Positions 24,935 through 37,648 of a DNA stretch of 64,000 bases are shown piece after piece. How positions within the stretch are numbered: the first letter of the stretch is position 1; each line of letters opens with the position of its first letter. Made by a program: the position numbers and the translations under genes. The notes beneath the pieces were generated by a model. The model worked only from the letters and a program-made list of their open reading frames with translations, ran no database searches and was not told the origin of the DNA. Origin of the DNA: Syncephalis fuscata S228 (lineage: Eukaryota; Fungi; Zoopagomycota); NCBI GenBank assembly GCA_025786725.1, contig JAHLTZ010000012.1:124001-188000 (forward strand), given 5' to 3'.

Positions 24935-25069
24935 ACGCCGATTATTCGAGTACTTTTATATGTTGCTCATTATTAAATGTCTACTTTTAAATGAATTGGT
25001 TTATGACAAAGTAATAGTTTAATAGCTTATGTAATTGAATTAACAATTGACGGTGTTTGTTATCACCAT

Positions 25070-25917
25070 TTAATTTAATAAATAAAGTCGACTGGCAATA
25101 TCTTCAACAAGCCAGTCAAGACCGTCAAGCAAATGCTCACCAGTCTTTGCGCTGCATGGCTCAATGTGCCAACGATGCGTCTCAATAGCGTCAAGGCCAA
25201 GTACATCGCGTATTTCACCAACGGCCATAGCACCAGATAGATCCTGTTTATTAGCCAGTACTAGAAGAGAAGCACCGGCCAATCGCTACAATATACAGTT
25301 GCCATATATTAATAAATATCTACTAATTCAAAGTAATAATAAAACGCTATTTTATCCATTTCTACTTACCTCTTCCAGTAGTAGCCCGTCTAATTCTCGT
25401 TTACAATCAGCAATACGTGCACGATCAGCTGCATCCACGACCCATACAAGTCCATCAGTTCGTTCAAAGTAGTTACGCCAATACGAACGTAGCGATGTTT
25501 GACCACCTACATCCCAAACGTTTAACTTGTAGCTATATTACATTGTATTAATTGCATTAGATCAATTACTCTATATTGTATTTTATCATTTATTATATTT
25601 CCTTTTCCTTTCCTTTCTTTATTATATTTTATTATATTGTAATATTCATAGTGTTTTATTCATATTTTGCATCTCTATTTACCTTTGATGTTCAAATGTT
25701 TTAATATTAAATCCAAGTGTTGGTGATATATCATCTATTGGATCGCCATTAATACGCTTCAGTAGTGTCGTTTTGCCGGCGTTATCTAATCCACTAAATA
25801 AAGTAGATGCTCAAGATTAGCCGGAACAAAAGTAGAAAGTACTAGATGCTTACAGCATAAGCAGCCGCATTTCTTTTCCTTCTGCTGATGCTTCTTTAGA
25901 ATAGTTAATAAACCCAT
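25070..25917 (-). CDS. ARL2: ARF-like GTPase Arl2 (Cin4/Alp41 orthologue), multi-exon
   Basis: [51 protein letters not shown]. Apparent 1-bp deletion near 25873. Confidence 0.9.
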
Positions 25918-26266
25918 ATTCGTAATCTGTTTGTTCCGCTACAAATACTGTGTGCTTTGTTTTACAAAACAACAACTCGCTGAATAGAATAAAGATAATG
26001 AAGCGTTATAAACGGCCAATAGACCACTAGATTAGTAGCACGCCTATCTAAGTAGTAACTTGAGCCGATTCGTTTTGACATAGTTGACTTAGAACGGTGA
26101 AAGTTTCATTCTGACTAATTACTAATACAAGCTTCCTAGTTCGGCCTGCTGTCCATTTGTTCCCCCCCTCTTCCTCGCACGTTCAGCCACTTTACGCTGT
26201 GTATTTTAGGAGAGAGAGCAACGAAAACCACATATCCATCTATTCAGATTATAACAATTTGTCAAA

Positions 26267-28996
26267 ATGGTTAACTTTACTATTGGTAAGTAACATGTTA
26301 ATAGATAGATAGAGAGAACAATAGATGGATGGATGGATGGATGGGCAAATAAGCCATTGTTGGATTAAGGAAACAGCGGCTATATAGAAAGTGACATTTA
26401 AGACATGTCGAACATAGATTGCCATTTGGCAATTTAAATACTGAAATGTAAATAAATAATGTATAATATACTAATATGTAATTATAGATCAAATCCGTGA
26501 GCTCATGGACAAGGTTACGAATGTTCGTAACATGTCTGTTATTGCTCATGTCGACCACGGTAAATCTACTTTGACCGATTCCCTCGTCTCAAAGGCTGGT
26601 ATTATCTCGTCGGCTAAGGCTGGTGAAGCTCGTTTCACCGACACCCGTCAAGATGAACAAGACCGTTGTATTACGATCAAGTCAACGGCCATTTCTATGT
26701 TTTTTGAAATGCCAAAGGAAGATCTACCCGATGTGAAGCAGAAGACTGACGGTGCCGGTTTCTTGATCAATTTGATCGATTCACCAGGACACGTCGATTT
26801 CTCGTCTGAAGTCACTGCTGCCCTTCGTGTTACCGACGGTGCTCTTGTCGTCGTTGACTGTGTCTCCGGTGTATCCGTACAAACCGAGACTGTGTTGCGT
26901 CAAGCACTTACTGAGCGTATTAAGCCGGTCCTTATTATCAACAAGGTTGATCGTGCTTTGCTTGAACTGCAAACCACCAAGGAAGAAATGTACCAATCGT
27001 TCCAGCGTAACATTGAGAACGTTAACGTCATCATCTCCACCTATCTTGACGTAACCATGGGCGATCTTCAAGTCTACCCAAAGAACGGTACCGTTGCTTT
27101 CGGTTCCGGTCTTCACGGATGGGGATTCACCCTTCGTCAATTCTCCAAGCGTTACGCCGCCAAGTTCGGTGTTGACGAAAGCAAGATGATGGATCGTCTC
27201 TGGGGCGACAACTTCTTCAACCCAAAGACTCGCAAGTGGTCCACCAAGAGCACTGATGCCGAGGGTAACCAGCTCGAACGTGCTTTCTGTATGTTCGTTT
27301 TGGACCAATCTTCAAGCTGTTCGATGCTTGCATGAACGGCAAGAAGGATGTTGCTTTGAACATGGTCGGCAAGCTTGATATTGCTCTTAACTCCGAGGAG
27401 CGCGACCTTGATGGCAAGGCCCTTCTTAAGATTATTATGCGCAAGTTCTTGCCAGCTGCCGATGCTCTACTTGAAATGATTGTTATCCACTTGCCATCTC
27501 CAGTCACTGCCCAGAAATACCGTGCCGAGACTTTGTACGAAGGTCCACTTGACGATGAGTGCGCCATGGGTATCAAGAACTGTGATCCAAAGGCCCCACT
27601 TATGTTGTACGTATCCAAGATGGTGCCAACATCCGATAAGGGTCGTTTCTACGCCTTCGGTCGTGTCTTCTCCGGTACTGTCCGCTCCGGCTTGAAGGTC
27701 CGTATCCAAGGTCCAAACTACACTCCAGGCAAGAAGGAAGACTTGTTTGTTAAGTCTATCCAGCGTACCATTCTTATGATGGGTCGTTACGTCGAATCCA
27801 TTGAAGACTGTCCAGCTGGTAACATTCTTGGTTTGGTTGGTGTTGACCAGTTCTTGCTCAAGTCTGGTACCATTACCACCTCTGAGACTGCCCACAACAT
27901 GAAGGTCATGAAGTTCTCCGTGTCCCCTGTCGTGCAGGTTGCCGTTGAAGTTAAGAATGCCAATGACTTGCCCAAGTTGGTTGAAGGTCTTAAGCGTCTT
28001 TCCAAGTCCGATCCTTGTGTACTCTGCTTCACCAACGAATCTGGTGAGCACATTGTTGCCGGTGCTGGTGAATTGCATCTTGAAATTTGCCTTAAGGATC
28101 TTGAGGAAGACCACGCCCAGGTTCCATTGAAGAAGACCGATCCAGTCGTCGGTTATCGTGAAACCATCCAGACCGAATCAAGCATGACCTGCTTGTCCAA
28201 GTCGCCAAACAAGCACAACCGTATCTTCATGAAGGCTAAGCCACTTGGTGATGAACTTACCAAGGATATTGAGGATGGCAAGGTCACTTCTCGTGACGAT
28301 CCAAAGGAGCGTGCCCGTTACTTGGCTGAAACTTACGAATGGGATCCAACTGACGCCCGTAAGATCTGGTGCTTCGGTCCAGACACCACTGGTCCCAACG
28401 TGTTGGTCGACTCCACCAAGGCTGTCCAATATCTTAATGAAATCAAGGACTCTTGCGTTGCTGCCCTTCAATGGGCTGCCCGTGAAGGTGTCTGCTGTGA
28501 AGAGCCAATGCGTGGCTGCCGTTTCAACATCCTTGATGTCACCCTTCACGCTGATGCTATTCATCGTGGTGCCGGTCAAATCATGCCTACCTGCCGTCGT
28601 GTAATCTACGCCTCTTGCCTTACTGCTCAGCCATCTCTACAAGAGCCAATCTACCTTGTAGAAATCCAGTGTCCAGAAAACGTTATGGGCGGTATCTACA
28701 GCGTACTCAATCGTCGTCGTGGTCACGTCTTCTCTGAAGAACAGCGTCCAGGTACTCCATTGTACAACGTCAAGGCTTACTTGCCAGTCAATGAGTCTTT
28801 CGGTTTCACTGCTGATTTGCGCTCTCAAACTGGTGGCCAGGCCTTCCCTCAATGCGTATTCGATCACTGGAAGGAAATGGCCGGTGATGTTGCTGACGAG
28901 AACGGCAAGCTCTTCCAGATTGTTTCTGGTGTACGTAAGCGCAAGGGTCTCGAGCCATCCATCCCACCTCTTGACCGTTTCTACGACAAGTTGTAG
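26267..28996 (+). CDS. EFT2: Translation elongation factor 2 (intron 26286-26487; 1-bp deletion near 27305)
   Basis: [36 protein letters not shown], diphthamide motif [10 protein letters not shown], ends ...YDKL. Strong codon bias. Confidence 0.97.
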
Positions 28997-29256
28997 ACAA
29001 CCTGTCAAATGTCAACACTATTTGATGGATAGCATGCTTGCGCCTATGTTTGTTATTGGATGTTGCTTGTTTGCATTCTTGTTTTTGCGTACCAATATTG
29101 GTGGCTGCATGTTTTTATAAACAATTGCGCATTTGTGCATTCCAATGATATTAGGCCAATTTTTAGTTATTTAGTGTTTAATGCTTGTTATTAATGCTTT
29201 AATAGTTATTTTAATGTTTTAAACACTTAATGATTAGTGATGTTTTATTAATGATG

Positions 29257-29995
29257 ATTTAGCAAATACACCTGTAATTGATTTGTTCTAATTGATACAT
29301 TTTTGCATGTAGTAACTAACTAAAAGTCGCTGAACAAACCAAAAGTATTATATACGCTAGCAGAAACTAATAAATATATGGTAAGCAAAACATTGGTTGA
29401 ACCAAATAGATAAGCTGTAAATAGGAATAATACTATATTCAATTTGATTTTTGTTCTTTTATTAGTTATTATAATTTGTTCCTAGCGCGCATATTACTGT
29501 TATCAAAATGTGCAATTTATGCTAGAAAAAGACTGGGTATAAAATTGGCAATTGTACTAAACTGCATGCATATTTAGTCAGTGTAAGCAATGGCAGTATA
29601 TCAACACAGCCTTAAATACTAAAGCTATCTTTAAAAGCTATCATTTGGTATTCAAAATAAACAATTTGTTGTTAATAACAGTTATATTTTAACATTTGCG
29701 CTCTGATACCCAACACTATTGTATAAGTGTAGCCTTGATGTTTGCTATAGTTTGCAATCTAGCATGTTGCATTTATAGCTAACTGTAAACATCTATAATA
29801 GCTGCAATATTTAGCTGTTAATGATAAATACAGTGTATTTATTTACTATACAATTAGTTAATTAGTGGGCAAAATCAGACCCAGTCCAATTATTTACGTA
29901 ATAATGCTATATATTAGTCAGTGAAATAGATCTAAGAATAAACTGAAGCTTTGTATATAAATAAATAAAAACATAGTAACCAATACATTTGTTTA
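29257..29995 (-). repeat. Block A, copy 3 (inverted, truncated at the junction with EF2 3' flank)
   Basis: Reverse complement of ~330-1067. Confidence 0.9.
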
Positions 29996-30049
29996 ACTAT
30001 TTAACTAATTATATGAAGCCGTGATTAGATTGCAGCTTTAGTTTGGTTT

Positions 30050-30434
30050 TTAATATTTTTCGTCCCCTTCGCAAACCGGGGAGGGCAGCAGTCAGGGAAT
30101 GCAGCACCTTTTATACCAGGCACAACTCTGCATTTGACACCTTCCGCGAATTCGTAGGCAGCGCAGTTAATAACACCATGTTTATCGCGTCTAATACACG
30201 TGTCTTCGCAAACCAGGCGAGGGCAGCAATCAGGATATGCAGCACGGATTTACTAGGTACAACTTTGCATTTTTGATCTTTTGGAATTTGGAAGACAGGA
30301 CAGCCAAGAATACCGCCATTATCGGTGTGTTTAATGCATTGATTGCCCTTGGGAGCATAACTAGTTTCCGCCATAGTTGTGCTAACTGCGAAGAGCACGG
30401 CCAAAGCAGAAGCGGTAGCAATAGAGAACTTCAT
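30050..30434 (-). CDS. Secreted Cys-rich protein copy 2 (signal + 2 modules); two 1-bp deletions
   Basis: N-terminus identical to copy 1. Corrected translation ...[64 protein letters not shown]. Confidence 0.8.
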
Positions 30435-31817
30435 GGTGATGATGCTAATTTGGTAGTAGAAGCTATTAAAAGCAAATAGAAGAATATGTATTGGAGTATA
30501 GAAAAGTAGGATGTAGAAAGTGGGGAATAAAGCTGTTGTTGTACTGAAGTTGGATTTACGCTTCAACATCGCGCTATTTAAATTAGTTTGCAATCCTTTA
30601 ACCGAGCAGTCGAGATCTATCTATAGAAGCATGATGCAAATATGCTAACACCAATGAAAATACATGCATGTGCTATTTTCAAACAACACATAATAACAGA
30701 GCAGTGGTTCGTCTGTAACATTTAGGCCATTTGTCCAATTAAAATCTGTCTAGAATATCAATTTACAAAACATCATCTATCTACTCATGTAAATTATTAT
30801 GGATAAATTGGGATGATATTCAAAGGCCTTGCAAAAAAAGGTTGGTCTTGAACTATACAGAAATGGGGCGCACAGCGTTTAGCATATAACCAATAGTACT
30901 TGTTGTTCTAAGAAATAGAAAGGACATAGCAAATGACACAGTGTCTCGTCTGCAGTAAAATGTCATCAAAATAAAATGTATCCAATCAATAGATATCGTT
31001 GCTCGTGTAAATAATGTAGTGTGTTTTAAAATGATGCAGTAGCTCAACTAGTCTATTGCACATCAACTACCAATTATTATTTATTATATGACCGCTATAA
31101 ATTTAGCTTTTTACTTATTATTAACATAGAAATATTCTTACATAATAGTATACACACGAATGTAACAGTTTATTTTAAAATTTAATACCAAGTATTATAA
31201 ACACTGATACTTTATTAAAATTGTCATTTAATAACTGTTAATTTCAAACTATAATATTTGCGTAAAAAAATAAAATGGCCAAGGTACAAGTTGCTTGACG
31301 CATATGTGTGAGATAGCACCAAATGTATTTGATTGGTATATTGCTGTATATCCTTAACAAGTTTACACCATTTCCACTTCAATGAAATTTAATTAAGTAC
31401 CGATCAATATGTAACCATACTGGTTTGATCCTGGCCCTGCATTTACTTTCTAATTCTATTGAATTCATGATAGAATGAGGAAGTTAACGGATATTACCTT
31501 TGCCCTTTATAGGTTTTGTATCCAATACAACTGAGTAGAAATTAACATGAATAGCCACTTTATATGTTAATAGCACGTAATGTTATTTTCTGTAAATAAA
31601 TACTAATTGTGTGTTTGATAGTTATCGCTTAGCTGGATTATTTTAATTACCAAAAGAGAGACTGCTGTTTATTCATTCACTCAAGCATCTAGTTAGCTGT
31701 ACCACTTATTGCCAAGTACATCAAGCTGCATCAAGCATTTTAACGAAACATTAGCACACAAATAAAGCAACTTCACAAGGGTACTCCATTTATTAAACGA
31801 ATAAACAAGTCGACAGC

Positions 31818-32532
31818 TTATTTGCCAAAATTATTGTGCAGTCCAATGGTCTCTGGCGCATCGGCATCACGTTTCGTCTTCTCTTCGTCATTGCGTGTGC
31901 TATCGAGCATACGCAAATATTCTGTCGATACATCACCTGTAACGTACTTTCCATCAAATACTGATGTGTCAAAATGCTCCAGTGCTGGATTAAACTTATT
32001 ACAGGCCGATATGAGGTCTGGCAAGGCCTGGAAGATAACATAGTCGGCACCGATGGCTTCAGCGATTTGAGCATCATTCCGATTGTAGGCAACAAGCTCA
32101 GTGGTGTCGGCATATCAATACCGTATACATTGGCATGTCTGTAGACACATCAACAGTAATTAATTGGCTAGTTAATCAATCGATCGATTCGTATTGTATT
32201 TACTCACCTAATGGCTGGTGCAGCCGATGCAAAGTACACTTTCTTTGCTCCAACATCGCGTGCCATTTGAACAATTTCGCTTGATGTTGTGCCTCGTACA
32301 ATGAGTCATCTACAAGCAAAACATTTTTGCCAGCAAATTCCAAAGCCATTGCATTTAATTTACGGTGTACATTTTTGCGACGCATTGTTTGTCCAGGCAT
32401 AATAAATGTACGTCCTATATAGCGATTCTTGATAAATCCTTCACGATATGGCAGACCTAGTTTATGAGATAGTTGTAGCGCCGGCACAAGTTTCTTATGA
32501 TGTACTACAATAACTACATCGATGTCGTGTTG
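31818..32532 (-). pseudogene. ADE4: Second 5'-truncated ADE4 fragment
   Basis: Mirror of 3670-4386, with the same diverged 5' edge ([11 protein letters not shown]). Confidence 0.9.
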
Positions 32533-33320
32533 GCTATGTTGCAACAAAATCAATCCTTAAAAGGGCTCAGAAGCAATAAATTCAAGTTTATTGGCCAGAA
32601 TCCGTGTACATTTCAAAATCTTGACAAAACGTTGAAAATCAGATCACAGATCATTCAGCATCATTGGTATATATTTTCTTTAGCCATTCTTGCACATATA
32701 GCTATTGAGTCATTAACACAAAAGACGGTTATTTCATATAGACTACGTGTATTTTAACTAACATATTGCATTTGCATAGATAGAACATATTAAGAAATAA
32801 TGGACATAGTTTATTTGCAAAATATCGCACTAGTATTAGGCAAGTTGCAGTGTTTATTCAATTAATATTAATGACTTATTGTATATACTGTTACGTTTTT
32901 AATTAAAAATTGCAACTAAATGAAGCCATTATTTTATAACAAACATAGCTAATAGTAAAGCCCAAATGCCTTGTACTATTTCATTATTAACGCAGCATAT
33001 TAGTCCATATAGCTACTGTATGTTTACAACTAGCAAATACTTAGTGGTCGTATTTGTGTGCTAATTTACGTGTAATCTTAACAGATTTGTTTAGCCGTTT
33101 AGTTTATTTCTTGGGCACGCTGTTATAAAAACATGACCATAACAGCAGGCAATAACAATAAAACCATTACAAATGTAATATTTTTATTTCTGATAGCTAT
33201 AGCTGCTGCAAAAATATATTATTTTTATTAACAATAGCTTAAAATGCTGATAAAACTTCAGACTAAAAATTTAAACGTGCAGTTATTGCACCAATAATAT
33301 GACAGAATGCAACAGTATCA

Positions 33321-34302
33321 AAAAGCGATTTTGGTGTAATTAGGTGGTAAAAGACACTAAAATGCGAACTAAGAAGCAATAATACTTATTTATTTAACAA
33401 TAAACTAACAGTATTATGTATAACTTTACGTAAAATAAAGCAGACTGCATGGTATTTTGCACAAGTATGCATATGGCATATAGATAGCTACCAGTAAAGT
33501 ATACCGCAGCTGTATTGCGTAATAGTATAATGACTGTGGTAATACGCTAATAAATGTACAAAAATAGCAGTTTTTTACCATTTATAGCATATAGACATAA
33601 AATGCAGCAAAACGATTGCCGGATCCAAGTTCTCCATGCTTGGCTGTAAAGAATGGTATAAAATATAGAGCAATTATTTTTGCAAAAATAATTAGTCAAA
33701 ATGCAATTACGTAAATATTTGTTAACAAAAAGGCGGTTAAAATTCATGATTTAAAAGTCAATACTAAAAATAGAATTTGATTTAAGATAAATAAGAGATT
33801 CTATAAACATTAAAGTATAATAGCAAGCTAGTATGCGTAAATACCGATGCACAGCGGTAGCTTATTTCATTGATATACATATAACCTAGATCCTCGTTAA
33901 CAAAAATTTACGTAATTGCATTTTTAACTAATTATTTTTGCAAAAATAATTGCTCTATATTTTATACCATTCTTTACAGCCAAGCATGGAGAACTTGGAT
34001 CCGGCAATCGTTTTGCTGCATTTTATGTCTATATGCTATAAATGGTAAAAAACTGCTATTTTTGTACATTTATTAGCGTATTACCACAGTCATTATACTA
34101 TTACGCAATACAGCTGCGGTATACTTTACTGGTAGCTATCTATATGCCATATGCATACTTGTGCAAAATACCATGCAGTCTGCTTTATTTTACGTAAAGC
34201 TATACATAATACTGTTAGTTTATTGTTAGATAAATAAGTATTATTGCTTCTTAGTTCACATTTTATTGTCTTTTACCACCTAATTACACCAAAATCGCTT
34301 TT
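33321..34302. repeat. Second ~1-kb palindrome: arms 33321-33726 and 33896-34302
   Basis: Inverted copy of 1904-2883 with the same spacer. Confidence 0.95.
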
Positions 34303-35069
34303 AAAATGGCCATGGTTATTAGAAACAAAGAATGGCAGGTTTTGATCACAGTCATAGTTATTGAAAATAAAAGAATAAGCATTTTATAACACTCATGGAT
34401 ATTTCACATTGATGTCAAAGTGTTTACACGATTATTCTAACTATAAACAAATAAGCAGGCATTTGCATAATGACCATAGTTAATAGCACGTGAGACAAAT
34501 ATGTGTAACAAAATGACTATAGCTGACCATTTTTGTTATACGTAATAACAATGCTGTTACAATTTGATTCTAAAAGCTGGGAGTTAGATGACTAAGTAAT
34601 GCTTTATCTTAAAGCTATTTATTGTTTAGCCTTAAATCTTTGTTAATACTTAACACTTAAAATACAATGTGTTATTTCGTTTAGTTAATATTGCGTTGCT
34701 GCTATATTTTTTGTTATTAATTAGCACAGCCCAATTATAATAAAAAGACTAGCTTGTATAGTATTAAATATAAATACAATCTAACTAAAGACCAGCAATG
34801 CTTTTAATATTGAATAGAACTTAAAAGCTCTTCTTCATACATTACTAAAAAGCAACATCAATTATGTAATTGTTCATATGTTCATATTCAACAAATGTTT
34901 ACTCGCCATATCTTTGTAACAGTTGTTTGATGTTAGGAATTAATGATGAAATTCGATATATGCATTATTCTTGTCTGTTCACGTGTAATTCTAACAGAGC
35001 TGTATAATAACATAGTGTGTTAATAATCACGCTTACAAGATGTTGTTTAGAATATAAGAATAGCAGCAA

Positions 35070-35865
35070 TGTTATTGCTATTCTATACTACATATTGATT
35101 ACGACCACATTTATTAAATAGCTGTAATAGATGTTACAATTTAGCAAATACGTCTGTAATTGATTTGTTCTAATTGATACATTTTTGCATGTAGTAACTA
35201 ACTAGAAAGTCGCTGAACAAACCAAAAGTATTATATACGCTAGCAGAAACTAATAAATATATGGTAACCAAAACATTAGTTGAACCAAATAAATAAGCTG
35301 TAAATAGGAATAATACTATATTCAATTTGATTTTTGTTCTTTTATTAGTTATTATAATTTGTTCCTAGCGCGCATATTACTGTTATCAAAATGTGCAATT
35401 TATGCTAGAAAAAGACTGGGTATAAAATTGGCAATTGTACTAAACTGCATGCATATTTCGTCAGTGTAAGCAATGGCAGTATATCAACACAGCCTTAAAT
35501 ACTAAAGCTATCTTTAAAAGCTATCATTTGGTATTCAAAATAAACAATTTGTTGTTAATAACAGTTATATTTTAACATTTGCACTCTGATACCCAACACT
35601 ATTGTATAAGTGTAGCCTTGATGTTTGCTATAGTTTGCAATCTAGCATGTTGCATTTATAGCTAACTGTAAACATCTATAATAGCTGCAATATTTTAGCT
35701 GTTAATGATAAATACAGTGTATTTATTTACTATACAATTAGTTAATTAGTGGGCAAAATCAGACCCAGTCCAATTATTTACGTAATAATGCTATATATTA
35801 GTCAGTGAAATAGATCTAAGAATAAACTGAAGCTTTGTATAAATTAAAAAACATAGAACCAATAC
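35070..35865 (-). repeat. Block A, copy 4 (inverted)
   Basis: Reverse complement of 330-1134. Confidence 0.9.
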
Positions 35866-36022
35866 ATTTTTTTATATTGCTTATTTATTGAATTGTGTAT
35901 AACTTGAACGGCAGCCTTAGTTTGGTTTGTTAATACCCTTTATACTAGGTACTCTCTGGATCTTCTACCATACACAGACTGGGAGGCAGGACAGTCAAGG
36001 ATGCCATGTTTAGTTATTTAAT

Positions 36023-36270
36023 TCAATCTTCTTCACAAATAAACGTGGAGCAGCAGATAGGATATGGAGCGTTGCGTTTGCCACGTATGAATCTGCATTT
36101 TTTATCTTTTGAAGGCTGGTAATCGGGGCAGGGCAGGGCACCATTTTCAGTGTATTTAATGCAGCTGTTGCTTCCGAAAATGTCTTTATTATGATCGGCC
36201 TCCACCATAGCTGTGCCAGCCACAAAGACCACGGCAAGAGTAAAGATGGTGCAATGGAAATCTTCATCAT
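36023..36270 (-). CDS. Secreted Cys-rich protein copy 3 (signal + 1 module), divergent; 1-bp deletion near 36243
   Basis: MMKISIAPS-TLAVVFVAGTAMVEA...NSCIKYTENGALPCPDYQPSKDKKCRFIRGKRNAPYPICCSTFICEED*. A decayed second module follows the stop. Confidence 0.8.
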
Positions 36271-37648
36271 GATGCTGATGTGTTAAAATAGCGCTATAGA
36301 AAAGCAAGTAAAGAGCGTATGTTGAAGTGTAGTAAGTGGAATGCAAAGAATAGAGCTGTTGTGATACTGAATCTCAATTTACGCTTTAACATCGCGCTAT
36401 TTAAACTAATTTGCAGCTGTCTAGATAGATCAGGCACAAATTTATTTATAGAAACCATGGCTTGGATGTCGTTAACATCAATGAAAATAAACCTGCGTTC
36501 TTTTTCAAACAGATACATAGTAGAATAAGAATAGGATGACTGAAACATCTCATATCATTTGTCCAATCAAATTATTTTTTAGGATATGGAATTGGCAAAC
36601 ACATTCGTCCATTTACTCGTGCAAATTGTTAAGGATGTTGGAATACAATTGAAAGTCCAACGAAAACACGTTTTTTGTGAATCTAGACAATAATAGATGC
36701 ATAACATCTGGTCTAGACTTAATGCATTGCTATTTTAAGTGATAAGTGCCATGGTATCTCGGTTGTGGCCAAAGTATCACAAAAATAAAACGCATCTTTG
36801 ACTAGCAGACACCTTTATTCTTGTAAGTAATATGGTATTTTTAGAATAATACAATGGCTCAACAGGCCTATTACGCATTAGGTCTCAACTAAGATCAGCT
36901 ATTTTTATATAATTGATGCCGCCTTAGCCTTTTACTTATTACTTCTGTAAAGAATTATTACACACTATCATTTACACGAATGCTATAGTCATTTTGAAGT
37001 TTAATAATGAATAGCATAGATATTGAAGCGTTATTAGAATTGGCATTTAAAAACTACAAATCTCAAGATATAATGTTTGTGTAAAAAGGAAAAGACCAGA
37101 GTAGTGGTTATTTGGCACATATGGATAAACATAGTAGCAAGTGCATTGGTTGATGCATATTATTATACATCATTTTCAATTTCAATGGAATCTAGCCAAG
37201 CAATGTACCGATATGCAGCCATGTTAGCCTGATTCTGGCCTTATCTTTTACCTTCTAATGCTGTTGAATCCAAAAGGCCTAGCCTTTTGAATCCGTGAAT
37301 CCATGATGAGATTAACGGTTATCGCCTTTGCTCTTTTAGTAGGTTTTGTATCCAATACAACTGAGTAGAAATTAACATGAATAGCCACTTTATATGTTAA
37401 TAGCACGTAATGTTATGTTTCTGTAAATAAATACTAATTGTGTGTTTGATAGTTATCGCTTAGCTGGACTATTTTAATCACCAAAAGAGAGACTGCTGTT
37501 TATTCATTCACTCAAGCATCTAGTTAGCTGTACCACTTATTGCCAAGTACATCAAGCTGCATCAGCTATTTTAACGAAACATTAGCACACAAATAAAGCA
37601 ACTTCACAAGGGTACTCCATTTATTAAACGAATAAACAAGTCGACAGC

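Noticed and set aside
26286-26487. Possible intronic snoRNA in the long EF2 intron
   Set aside because: Only a weak hairpin and short box-like words; much of the length is ATAG/GATG microsatellite. An Infernal/Rfam search would be needed.
26267-28996. EF2 as a split gene, pseudogene or programmed frameshift
   Set aside because: A single C missing from a CCC run with otherwise full conservation; fits the window-wide deletion error pattern.
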